From the NCBI GenBank assembly GCA_020184695.1, contig JAANOX010000205.1, positions 682,001 through 746,000 on the forward strand: a DNA stretch of 64,000 nt, in the 5' to 3' direction. Below, piece by piece: positions 1-11,675 of this stretch (position 1 is its first letter; each line of letters begins with the position of its first letter). Under the pieces are notes generated by a model. The model saw only the letters and a list, made by a program, of their open reading frames with translations. It was not told the DNA's origin and did no database searches. This DNA is from Histomonas meleagridis 2922-C6/04-290x (lineage: Eukaryota; Protista; Parabasalia). The position numbers and the translations under genes were made by a program.

Positions 1-1314
1 AAAATACATAAGAATTAATTGTTTCTAAATTTGATGAAAATATAACAATTTCCAAATTATTACAATAACCAAATGCATAAGTACCAATTGAAAATATTTG
101 AGATGGGAATGCAATTTCATAGAATACACTACAACCATAAAATGCATAATCTTCAATGTAATTTACAGAATCAGGAAGTGTAATTTCTGTTCCATCATTT
201 CCAATTGGATAAATTATAATTTTTGTAATGAATTTATCATATAGAAGTCCATCATTATAATAATTAGAATATATTCGATTATCAGGTGATACATATATAA
301 ATTGAAGATTTTTGACAAAATGAAAAAAAGATGTTGATGATATTGATGTAACAGAAGCAGGAATTGTTATATTTCTTAAAGAAGTACAATAACCAAATGC
401 ATGATTACTAATTGTTTCCAATTTTTTTCTCCCAATATAATAATTTCTAAACTAGTACAACTATCAAATGCATAACTATTAATCGTTATTACTGAATTCG
501 GAATTGTAATATTTTTTAAATTATTACAATCACAAAATGCATTGTCATGAATTATTTCCAAATTTTTTCCAAATGTAACATTTCCCAAATTATTACAAGA
601 ATAAAATGCATAAATATTAATCACTTTTAAATTATCACCAAATGTAACATTAACTAAATTATAACAATATTCAAATGCTCTTTCTTCAATAGAAATTACT
701 GAATTTTTAATTTCAACTGTTAGAAAATAAAAGTTTCGAAATGATCGATATGGAATATGTCTTATTTCACCTTCAATTATTACATGTTCTACATCATAAT
801 ATAAATATCCTTTTTTTAATTCACTATATTTATTTAATATAAGAGTTTTTGTTGTGTTATCAAATACTTCGATCCCATGAATAAAAAATATCGAAAAAAT
901 AAATATATTTAAGAACTTTTCTCTTTTATGTGAGCGATTGTTAAAAAGTTTTGTTGGAAAATCGATTTTTAAAAAAATAAATAAAAAGAAGAATGAAAAG
1001 AAAATGATAGTTTTGTTTTGTGTTAACTGAAGGAAAAAATATCGAAAACGAATAATTTTTTCATTCATGTTAGAAATTTGATGAAATTGTTTCAAAAAAG
1101 GTTTTAAAATTGAACTATAAGTTAGGGTACGATATTTCTTGTTTGCATGATGTTGATAAATATTACTTGTATTAATGAAATATTTTTCATGGTTGAAATC
1201 AAAATTTTGATTTTTAAAAATATTTGTTTTATCATTGACCAATTTTCTAGAATGAAAATGAACAAGCTCACCAAAACATGGAAACCTTGATAACACTAAA
1301 CAATGGAAAATCAT
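1..1314 (-). CDS. BspA-like (TpLRR) leucine-rich repeat surface protein; frameshifted at an A7 run near 422-428; continues past the window start
   Basis: ORF 376..1314 has repeated 'IxxxAFxxCxxLxxITIPxSV' units. TpLRR repeats resume in another frame below 420 (…LETISNHAFGYCTSLRNITIPASV…) and continue to base 1. Confidence 0.8.
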
Positions 1315-1988
1315 TGGTTAATTTCGATGTTTGAAACGCCCAGATTTTCTGATTGAATATACCGTTAAAATTTCAGTTCATGAGTTTTGCGACGATTGTT
1401 TTTTCAACTGTACATTCAATTTTTTTTATTTCATTGAAATTTTGAATTCATTTCCTCAGCTTTTGAGTATATGGAAATTGTTATAAAATACCCTTGTTTC
1501 TCTCCAATTCGCTGTATTCAATTTTCTTGACACATAAATTGAATAAAAAACCGTTTTCATCCATATTTCCTGCAAGCATTTTTCTTTTGCTGATTACAAA
1601 TGTCTGGATTTGTACGGGTTAATGGACCTCTGTATTTAACCGCGTTGCCCTCATGTCATTTTTTTAAAAATCATTTTTATCAAATTATTCATATTTTTGT
1701 TTTTAACCTAAGAAAGGTCAAGAGACGAATTTTAAGCCAATGATGACTTTTAGATACAACATTAAGGGAACATAAAGCCACTCAACAAAAAAAAACTGAA
1801 ATTTGCAAAATTGAATTATTTGTTTAATCATTCAATTCTTCAATATTTTTAATGATCAACATTCCCTACAGTATCATGCAATTGTTCTTCAAGTCATAAC
1901 AATCTTTGCCTTTTTGCATGTGATAATTTGAGATTTCACTAAATCATAATTTGGGATTACACTCTGAGCATTTTCATTCATATAGCTT

Positions 1989-3152
1989 CCTCATTTCTTT
2001 TTGTAGTCGAAAGACAAACAGGAATAATGAATTTTTTATTCATCATAAATGGACCATGATTCTGTGATTGTATGCATTTGTAAGTGTTCCCAAGCTGCCA
2101 GTAAGTGCTTAATTGCCATTTCTTTGTTAAAGACCGTATTTGGATTTTCTTGATATGTTTTATTATAGAGTCTTCTGGCTGTTGATTTTAAGCAGCCAAA
2201 CACCGATCTATCGAGGGGCTGCAGGCAATCTGTTAGTCCAGCTGGTATGAAAATCAAATCAATGTTTAATCGATTTGCAAGATCTTTGATCTTTTCAGTC
2301 TCGTGAGATTTGTAATGATCAATTATGAGGTGTATCTTATCGTTGTCGCCGAAATGCTTGCGAAGAAATGTTAAATTATTCTGAAATGCGCCTTCTGTAG
2401 TCCATCCGCTCTTTGATCTACCGGACATGTGATATGAAATGACCTAAATCTCTTTCTGTTCTCTCAGTTGTGCTTTTTGCAATGATAAACAAAGGCAACT
2501 TAGTTCCATCGGCCTTTATTCCAGCCAATACAGTAGTAACAGATTGCTTCGGATTTCTATCAAAAAGAACTTTCACATTATCTGATCCTTTCTCGGACCA
2601 TGTTGAAATTCCACCTGAAAAGCTCTTCCAGCTTGTCTCATCAGCATTCCCTATTCTTGAGCCATCAGTGGTCTCAAGAAAATTTCAAATTTTCTCAATA
2701 AATTTATTCTTGTCATCTTCTGGTGTTACAGGTCTCCTTTTTAAATGAGGTTTCCTCATTGAAGTAGAATCCTTGGGAGATAAAATTAGTGAAAATATAA
2801 TCTTTGATTGCAGCTTCTTCGTCATCAGTAAATATTCTATGCCCGATCCCATGGTTATTCAACCACGGCCTCCAATTGTTGTTAATAGACATTTGTTTCT
2901 TCCAATATTTTAAAGTGGATTCTGGAATATTTGATAATTTTGATAATTTATAAATTGATAGCTTTCCATTCATGAGTTCATCTATCACGGTTTGAATCTT
3001 CTTTCACAAATCTTTTCTCGTGTAATCATTATGGGGTTCTCCCTGAAAGACATTTCTTATTTGCATTGGCAAAATGACATGGCCAGGCCGTTTGCAAATA
3101 ATTTTGTATGGGCGTTGAAAATTTAAATAAGGCGAATTGGAAAGAAATGAGG
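1989..3152 (-). mobile_element. Decayed pogo/Tc1-mariner-type DDE transposon with candidate 12-bp terminal inverted repeats
   Basis: HTH-like ORF 2713..2988, a middle segment with GNADET, and DDE_1-type ORF 2036..2428 (IIDHYKSH, LQPLDRSVFGCLK), broken by frameshifts and a stop. CCTCATTTCTTT (1989-2000) and AAAGAAATGAGG (3141-3152) are exact inverted repeats. Confidence 0.8.
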
Positions 3153-3288
3153 GTACCATAAAAGATTCAAGAGAATATATAATAATATGTTATTCAATCT
3201 ATTTAATTAGTAGAAAAAAATACAGAAATTGCTCTTTAAAAATATAAAAAAAAAAAGATAATGTAAAAAATTAATTTATGATCAAGTA

Positions 3289-5997
3289 TTATGAATTTGA
3301 GCATTTTTGTTTTTCTTCTTTTTTAGCTATTAAAGAATCATTCTTTAGCATATTAACTATTTTATCATTACCTTTTTTTGATGCCATCATTAACGCATTA
3401 TTACAAAATATAAAAGAACTCCAATAACATTAAGAAAATTTTAAATCAGTAAAACAAAATTTGATTATGACAAAAAAATATTTTTTAAATTTATATTAAT
3501 ATTTTCATGTTTAACAAGCAATGACACAATATCGGTATTTCCATTTAATGAAGCAAAAATAAGTGCTGTATCAAATAATAAAATTAATTTCCAAGTTTTA
3601 TTTTGAATTCTTATTTTATTAAATTAATGAATATCTTTAGCATTGACATCAATTCCTTTTTGTTCAAGAAGGAATTTAACGATTTCTGTGTATCCTTTTT
3701 CAGATGCAATAATAAGAGCTGTCATAAATATTTTAAATTATTTCCAAATATTATTTTGAAACATTAAATTATTAAAATAAATTTTAAATAAAACTTATTA
3801 ATATCCTTAGTATTGACATCAATTCCTTCTTGTTCAAGAAGTAATTTGACAACTTCTTGATTATTATTTTTTGATGCAATCATAAGTGGTGTTTCAAATA
3901 TTTTAAATAATTTCCAAATATTATTATGAAACATTAAATTATTAAAATAAATTTTAAATAAAACTTATTAATATCTTTAGTATTGATATCAATTTCATTC
4001 TGTCCAAGAAGTAATTTAAATATTTCTATGAATTCATATGGATGAAATGCATAAACAAGTGCAGTCCAAATTAATATAAATAATTCCCATAAAATATTTT
4101 GGTATATTAAAAATTTAATGTGATTATTAAAAAATATACAAAAATATTTTTAATGTTAATATCAATTCCTTCATATTTAAGAAGTAATTTTACGACTTCT
4201 ATATGGCCGTTTATCGCAGATATCATTAATGCTGTTTCAAATTATTTGAATATTTCCCAAATTTTATTTTGATATATTAAATTTTTGCTACAAATAACAA
4301 ATTTAATATATTAACAAGTTGAGCATTGACATCAATTCCTTTTTGCTCAAGAAATAATTTAACTAAATCAATATCGCAATATCGTGATGCTACCATTAAT
4401 GGTGTCCAATAAAAGTCGAACATATACCAATGATTATTTAGAAACTCTAATATTTTGAGATAGACATTATAAAAATGAATTAAATATCTTTAGTATTAAT
4501 ATCAATTCCATTTTTTTCAAGAATAAACTTGACGATTTCTTTATGACTTTTCCATGTTTCATTTGAAAGTATACTAAAAAATAATTTAAATAATTTCCAA
4601 ATATTATTTTGAAATATCAAATTATTAAAATAAATTTTATATAAAACAAATAAATATCTTTAGCATTAATATCAATTCCTTCTTGTTCAAGAAGTAATTT
4701 AACGATTTCTGTATGATCATATTGAGATGCAATAATAAGAGCTGTCCTAAATAATTTAAATAATTTCCAATTATTATTAAAAAATATTAAATTATCAGAA
4801 TAAATTATAAATAAAATAAATAAATGTCTTTAGCATTAATATCAGTTTCATTCTGTTCAATAAGTAATTTGACTATTTCTATATGATTAAATTCAGATGC
4901 ATTAATAAGAAAAGTCTTAATGCTTATGAATAATTCCCAAATATTATATGGAAATATAATACTATATATATTAATTTTAAATTAAACATATAAACATTCT
5001 TAAAGTTAACATCAATTATTTTTTGTTCAAGAAGAAATTTAACAACGTTTATACGGTTAATCTTTATAGCAATAATAATCCCTGAATCAAATAATTCAAA
5101 CAATTTCCAATTATTACTAAAAAATATTAAATTATCAGAATAAATTTTAAATAGAATAAATAAAAAATTTTAGCATTAATATCAATTTCTTTTTGTTCAA
5201 GAAGTAATTTAACTATTTCAGTATAACCTTTCGCACATGCCCATATAAAAGCTGTCCTAAATAATTGAAATAATTTCCAATTATTATCTTCAAACCCAAA
5301 ATCATTAAAACAAATATTAAGTAAAACAAATAAATATCTTTAGCATTGATATCAATTCTATCTTGTTCAAGAAGTAATTTAACAACTTCTTGATGATTAT
5401 TTTTTGATGCAGCCATAAGAGCTGTTTCAAATATTTTAAATAATTTCCAAGTATTATTTTGAAACTTTAAATTATTAAAATAAATTTTAAATAAAACATA
5501 ATAATATTTTTAGCATTAACATCAATTCCTTCTTGTTCAAGAAGTAATTTAACAACTTCTTGATGATTATTTTTTGATGCAGCCATAAGAGCTGTTTCAA
5601 ATATTTTAAATAATTTCCAAGTATTATTTTGAAACTTTAAATTATTAAAATAAATTTTAAATAAAACATAATAATATTTTTAGCATTAACATCAATTCCT
5701 TCTTGTTCAAGAAGGGATTTAACGATTTCTGTGTATCCTTTATCAGATGCAATAATAAGAGCTGTTCTAAATAATTTAAATAATTTCCAAATATTATTTT
5801 CAAACCCAAAATCATTAAAACAAATATTAAGCAAAACAAATAAATATCTTTAGCATTGATATCAATTCCTTTTTGTTCAAGAAGTAATTTAACTATTTCA
5901 ATATGATCATATTCAAATGCAAACATAAGAAAAGTCTTAATACTTATAAATAATTTTGATACATTATTTTGAAATATCATATTACTAAAATAAATTC
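3289..5997 (-). repeat. Ankyrin cassette array A: 16 single-repeat cassettes separated by AT-rich spacers, period 170 nt
   Basis: The 'atcaatt' anchor recurs at 5861, 5691, 5521, 5351, 5181, 5011, 4841, 4671, 4501, 4331, 4161, 3988, 3818 and 3648. Cassettes read TALxxAxxxGxTEIVKLLLEQEGIDINAKDI. The last cassette ends …KEEKQKCSNS* (TAA 3289-3291). Confidence 0.9.
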
Positions 5998-7179
5998 TCA
6001 ATGAAAATAACAAAAATCCTTGTAATTTAAATCAACTTCAAATTTTTCAAGAATATCGTTGTCTAATTCATCTTTTTCTGATAGAGTTGATCTTGAGGGA
6101 TATTTTGCATCGAGTTTTGTTTTAACAAAATTATATATTAAAAAAATATTTCCAAATTTAATAAGTTCTTTAAATATATTTTCATTAATTTTCATTCCTT
6201 CATCTATTAATAACATAAAAATATTATAATTTGCATATAAGATACAAATTTCCCCTAATTTTTCGAGTGAATAATATTTTGGGCCTTGATTCTCATAAAT
6301 ATATTTAAAAATATCATTTCTATGATATTCAATTGCTGCTTTATATACACCATCATATGATGATTTATTTTGTTCACATAAATGAATGATTTCAAGATTT
6401 CCGCCTACTACTGCATACTTAAAGGCATTAATTACATTTGCACCATTCATAAGCAAATATTTAAAACATTTAATTGACCCAAAAAATGCTGCATAATCAA
6501 TTAATGTAACGTTATCTTGATTAACAAATGAACATATTTCATAAAGTGATGGTTCAATTGTTTGATTAAAATTAAATTTTTGTTGTGATGATATTTCTTG
6601 AAGTTTTTCGATTTCATCATTTCGAATTATTTTTGCAATTTCATTTGGATTAACTCCTTCGTTAATTAATTTCTTATGAAGTTCCCAATTATTTTCTTTA
6701 AGTTTGGGTCGAATTCGATCGAATTCTCTGTTAAATTTATTATATTTAACTTCCAATAATTCATGTTCTGTTAATCGATGTGCAAAATAAAACATGACAT
6801 TCTTTCTTATTACACGATCAGATATTATTCCCAAATCAATAAGTCTCTCTAGTAGAAAATTAGATTCTTGTGAAGGCATAAAAATATAAATAATTTCTTC
6901 AAAACTTTTAAATATTTTTGCATTATCATAAAGCTTCTTTTCTTCTTCTTCAATTGCATAAAGTAAACTTAAATAAAGATTAAATTCATTTATATGAGAA
7001 ATAATAGTTGCACATATTATATGGCTAATAATGAAGAAAAAAGAATCTGGAAAATTTTTATCTAAAAAATTCATTATTGATTGTACAGAAGTTTTAATTT
7101 TATCACTACTATCATCATCGATTATATTCTGTATAATATCTTGAATTTCTTGAATATCTTTTGATTTAAGAATCTTCAT
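5998..7179 (-). CDS. DUF3447-type ankyrin-repeat protein, leader ORF of locus A
   Basis: NPNEIAKIIRNDEIEKLQE…FNQTIEPSLYE…TLIDYAAFFGSIKCFKYLL motif typical of the parabasalid DUF3447/ankyrin family; stops just after …VDLNYKD, in the first spacer. Confidence 0.85.
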   Translation of the reverse strand: MKILKSKDIQEIQDIIQNIIDDDSSDKIKTSVQSIMNFLDKNFPDSFFFIISHIICATIISHINEFNLYLSLLYAIEEEEKKLYDNAKIFKSFEEIIYIFMPSQESNFLLERLIDLGIISDRVIRKNVMFYFAHRLTEHELLEVKYNKFNREFDRIRPKLKENNWELHKKLINEGVNPNEIAKIIRNDEIEKLQEISSQQKFNFNQTIEPSLYEICSFVNQDNVTLIDYAAFFGSIKCFKYLLMNGANVINAFKYAVVGGNLEIIHLCEQNKSSYDGVYKAAIEYHRNDIFKYIYENQGPKYYSLEKLGEICILYANYNIFMLLIDEGMKINENIFKELIKFGNIFLIYNFVKTKLDAKYPSRSTLSEKDELDNDILEKFEVDLNYKDFCYFH

Positions 7180-7952
7180 TTTGGGGACTTACAATGAAAA
7201 AATAAAACAATTCACACAATTTTCTTAGATATCGTCATAAAATTCAATACGTTACAATGGCTATTGGCTAGCATGGTCTTGAATTTGAAGGGATGGACCA
7301 TCGTTTTTATCTGAAAAAGTTGTATAAACGGTTTTGGTCTAGGTTGTTACTGTGAAAAGAACCAAAAAAAATTTTGGGCAATTGTTTTTCGCTACAGACA
7401 AACCTTGTCAATTTTAGTATCATAAAAAAATTTAGATGTCATTTTTCTGTAATCAAATTTGTTAGATAAAAAATAGATGGAGCAAAACGTCAGATTTTGA
7501 TGAAAAAATTATTGAGAAGCTAGTTTCAACAAAATCAGATAAATTAATGATCTTTAGAATTTCCTCACATTTTTTGGGTTTCATATTCTGGCGAATGCCC
7601 TTAATTAAAAATTTTATGAATAACATATGCTGAAAAAGAAAGAGAATCAAAGATTTATGAAAAATAAATTAAACATTATATATTACAAGTATCCCCGAAG
7701 CACAATAGTATATGAGGTTGTTTATAACAATTCAAGGAGAAATAAAAAGAAAATAAAAAATACATATATGAAAGCTATTAATAAAAGACTTGGTATAATT
7801 GAATAAATAATCAATTAAAAAAAATTATAAGCAAAGCTAATAATATATCTTATTTTAGATTTGATTTTTGCATTTGGCAAAAATCAAATCCCAGGTTAAA
7901 AAAAATGTTAATCTTAAATTAATTCATATGGTTCAAGAACCAAGAGGTTTAT

Positions 7953-8963
7953 AGTCAAATTTGAATAGTAGGACGAATAAAAATCACACAATCACCTTAT
8001 ATCGTCAATGAGAAGATATTGAATTATTATAGGAGAATATGTAAAATTGATCATTATATATTATTAACTACAAATAATTTCTGTTGCCATATATAAATTG
8101 CAGATTATAATATATTATAATATATTTGGTATCTGAATTAAAGACATGAATCAAAAATTGATAAAATTTGATATGAATAGCATAAAATAAGATTTAAATT
8201 ATGGTTTTTTCTATCGGTAAAAAACAAATCATAGGTCAAAAAAGAATCATAGTAAATTTACTATTCATGTATTATATCTTTATCGGTTAACGATCTATTT
8301 GTAGTCAAATTTGAATAGAAGAACGAACAAAAATCATTCAATCAGTTGAAAAGAAAAAAGACAATAAAAGGAGGATTTTGTCATATAAGATTCGGGAAAA
8401 GGTTAATACACAGGATGATTGATAATTTTTTAACCGATTTCAAATTACTACGCGAAGGGAAAAAAGTGCTCTTGAAAAAATTCAAATATAAAAAAATTGT
8501 TATTCTATTTAGAAAAGTTATCGTTAGAAAGTTTTGTATCGTTTGTACCAATATATGACCGAATGTGCATTCACATATCGAAAATAACTTATATACGACA
8601 ATCACATGAATATGCCATCAATATATTTGAAATTTTATAAGTTTATTAACATTTTCGACAAATTTGACAAAAATTTAATATCAAGATTTTATATTATAAT
8701 CAAGTAAAATAAGTAATATTTTATCATTTTTTGAATAATTTCTGAATTTTTTAATTTCTCAATATATCAAGATATTATTCTTAGTTTTTTATAAGTCAAA
8801 GATGCAACCATGTATTTACACATTATATATCCATTATATCAATAATGTAGGATGATCGCTATTTACGATTAAGAGTTCTTGATATCATTTTACATGTTCA
8901 AGCGGTTCGAAGTCAAATTTGAATGTTTAAACGAATAAAAATCACTCAATCAGCTCATATCGT
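7953..8963 (+). repeat. Three dispersed imperfect copies of a ~45-55 bp motif
   Basis: AGTCAAATTTGAAT..(A/G)ACGAA(T/C)AAAAATCA..CAATCA starts at 7953, 8303 and 8911. Confidence 0.7.
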
Positions 8964-9834
8964 TCTCAAAAACAATTTTCGAATAAAGTTAGCTCAAGAA
9001 ACGGTGGTATTGACTCATATTCAGAAAAATAGAGAAATTAACATCATTACATAGAATGTCAAATACATTGAAAAATGTAATATATTTCAAATTTGAAAGC
9101 ACATTGGTAATATGAGATAAAAGGAATGATAAATGTATCTCAAGTCAATATTTTGAAGATAATACGCAAATATCTTGGTATGAACGATACATTTTTTCTG
9201 ATAAAAACGATTATTGATCATTGAATTTATTTGAGGAAATCTTTTTTTTTTTTAACATTTGTATTATAGCGAAATGCTCAATTTCATAGAGTAAATTTCT
9301 ATACAAATTTAATTTGCGTCAAGAATATGTACTTACACAGAAACTATTTCATTGTTCATAAATTATTAAACAGATAAAAAAAGCATATCACCAAGATGTT
9401 ACGAAAAAATTAAAATTCTATTGAAGGGGAAAAAGGGTGTACATTTTAGAATAAGGATATTTTTAATAAACTCAATGCAGATTTCCAAAGATCCCAGAGT
9501 CAAATGAATGACAGATAAATGAAAAGTACAAACAAAAAACAAAATTAAACTAACTTCTTTTAGCTCACAAAAATATGAATTCATATTTAATCTTATTCCA
9601 ATATTTAATTTTTCATTAATTCTTTAAAATTTCAATAATATCTAGAGTCATGAGATTTTTACACAATAAAAGAAGATTTTAAATCAAGTTTCTTGGTTGC
9701 CAAAAAGAATGGAAGAAATAAAAATCCCTTTTTTTATTTGGGTGTTGATCATCATGCTAAAGCACCTCATTTTCAAAAAGACGTGTTTTTAAAATTAAAA
9801 AAAAAAAATAACAAAAATTAATTCACCCATCTTT

Positions 9835-10242
9835 TTATTGTTCTTCCTTCTTCATTCTGCAACCAGCATTGTAAACGAAAATGTTCTTTTCTTGTGCAGC
9901 CTTTTCAATTTGACGACGAAGCTTTCCACCAACTGCGTGATGAATAACTGCGCAGTATTTTGTGTTGTTAGTGAATAATGGCTCTAGTTCTTTAACGTTA
10001 TGAACAATAACTGGTCTGAATCCATTTGGAAGCATATACTTTGTTTCTTTGTCACTTCCATAACCACATTTTGGATGTGCAGGTGTGCCACGTTGGTTCT
10101 TACGGAATCTTGAATCGATACCTCTGGTAAGACGCCAGCTAGACTTAACACGAACAAAGAGATCCGATTGGATACGGTTAAATCTTGTTTTCTTTTTCTT
10201 GATTATTGGCTTATGTTCTGCTGCAACAACTGTTGTAGACAT
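9835..10242 (-). CDS. RPL32: 60S ribosomal protein L32 (eL32)
   Basis: IIKKKKTRFNRIQSDLFVRVKSSWRLTRGIDSRFR…GYGSDKETKYMLPNGF matches eL32. First ATG at 10242; M5 motif upstream. Confidence 0.97.
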   Translation of the reverse strand: MSTTVVAAEHKPIIKKKKTRFNRIQSDLFVRVKSSWRLTRGIDSRFRKNQRGTPAHPKCGYGSDKETKYMLPNGFRPVIVHNVKELEPLFTNNTKYCAVIHHAVGGKLRRQIEKAAQEKNIFVYNAGCRMKKEEQ

Positions 10243-10252
10243 TTTATGGCCC

Positions 10253-10257
10253 AAAGG
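10253..10257 (-). promoter_or_regulatory. M5-type core promoter element CCTTT upstream of RPL32
   Basis: AAAGG on the + strand, 10 nt before the ATG. M5 is known from T. vaginalis ribosomal protein promoters. Confidence 0.65.
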
Positions 10258-10659
10258 AAAGACCAAACCGCAAAAACCGTTTTGAGTGTTTGACTAATTA
10301 AACGGTCACTCCTGAATGCTGTTAGTGAAGAAAAAATAAAATTCTCTTCTTTAAATCTGTACCAATTGCTAAATACCTAATTCATTTTCATGAAAACATA
10401 AAGCATGTCAATAAGAATATAATTTAATTGATCAAAAGGAAAAATAATATTTAACTAATTTAATTTTTATAGGCCTAAAAGTATATTTTCACTAAGACTA
10501 GAAGTTCATAACTTATAACCTATATGCATTGAACATCTTTTATACTTTGGTTTCACCTGTTTTAAAAATCATTACACCAATAGGTATGATTCAATAAGTC
10601 TGTTTGGATTTTACACTCAATTCTTGTCAGTCAATAATTGAATGCGTTTGTTTGGTTTT

Positions 10660-10664
10660 CCTTT
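10660..10664 (+). promoter_or_regulatory. M5-type core promoter element CCTTT upstream of RPS5
   Basis: ttttCCTTTtcgATG. Confidence 0.65.
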
Positions 10665-10667
10665 TCG

Positions 10668-11249
10668 ATGCAAGACGTAAAACTTTTTGGAAAATGGTCT
10701 TATTCCGATATAGACTTTGAGCAACTAGATAAGGCGCTTGTTGACTACATCTCAGTTCACGAAAAACAACAAGTTATACTCCCACATACAGCAGGACGTT
10801 ATCAACACCAACAATTCCACAAAGTTAATTGCCCACTTGTCGAACGTTTTGTTTGCTACCTCATGTGCCATGGACGCAATGCAGGTAAAAAGCTCATGGC
10901 CATCCGCATTGTTCGCCAAGCGTTTGATCTTATCAACCTTGTAACAGGTGAGAATCCACTTGTTGTTTTTGTTAAGGCCGTTCAATACTGTGGCGCCCGT
11001 GAAGATTCAACACGTATTGGTGTTGGTGGTACAGTTCGTCGTCAAGCATGCGATGTTTCTCCACTCCGCCGCATCAACCAATCACTTGCTCTCATCACAG
11101 AAGGTGCCAGAAAGTCAGCTTTCCGTTCTTCCAAAACAATTGCTGAATGCCTTGCTGATGAACTAATTGCAGCATCCGGAAACACAAACGATAGTTATGC
11201 AGTCCGCAAGAAGGATGAACTCGAGCGAATTGCCAAGTCAAATCGTTAA
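10668..11249 (+). CDS. RPS5: 40S ribosomal protein S5 (uS7)
   Basis: KLFGKWSY…PHTAGRYQ…CPLVERFV…[14 protein letters not shown]…REDSTRIG…[12 protein letters not shown]…[13 protein letters not shown]. Confidence 0.98.
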   Translation: MQDVKLFGKWSYSDIDFEQLDKALVDYISVHEKQQVILPHTAGRYQHQQFHKVNCPLVERFVCYLMCHGRNAGKKLMAIRIVRQAFDLINLVTGENPLVVFVKAVQYCGAREDSTRIGVGGTVRRQACDVSPLRRINQSLALITEGARKSAFRSSKTIAECLADELIAASGNTNDSYAVRKKDELERIAKSNR

Positions 11250-11675
11250 ATAAACATTTTTAATATAACATTTATCATTTGGAATATTAGTAATGATTCA
11301 TAAATGATTTGTTTTATCATTTCGGTAAGTAAGAAATGATTGTGTTGATAATAATGTTATAAATGTTCTTAATTTGAGGCGAATAACTTAAAAATCAAAG
11401 TTTCACCAGTAGATTTTAACCACAAACTTCCTCGTGTTAATTTTTTTGGCTCAATTATGGAACATTTTTTTAATTTTGAAATAAATAATTGTTTTTTCCA
11501 TTACTTTCGTGAACATTGCCACAATTTTTTTAACAATTTTCATGCATTTAATTCTTATCAAATATCATATATCGAGAATTTATGGATGAAGAAACTCAAA
11601 AACAATTTTAAGTTAAAATAACAAACGTCTTCTGACGGTTAAAACGGCAATTTTACCCTTCTATAGTTGGTCAGA

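Noticed and set aside
5213-6013. Short ORF-track entries over the arrays (e.g. 5213..5416, 5637..5834, 5657..6013, 14598..14801, 17665..17856, 27364..28644, 29314..29505) as independent genes
   Set aside because: Each is one ankyrin cassette flanked by spacer translation; they are parts of the arrays.
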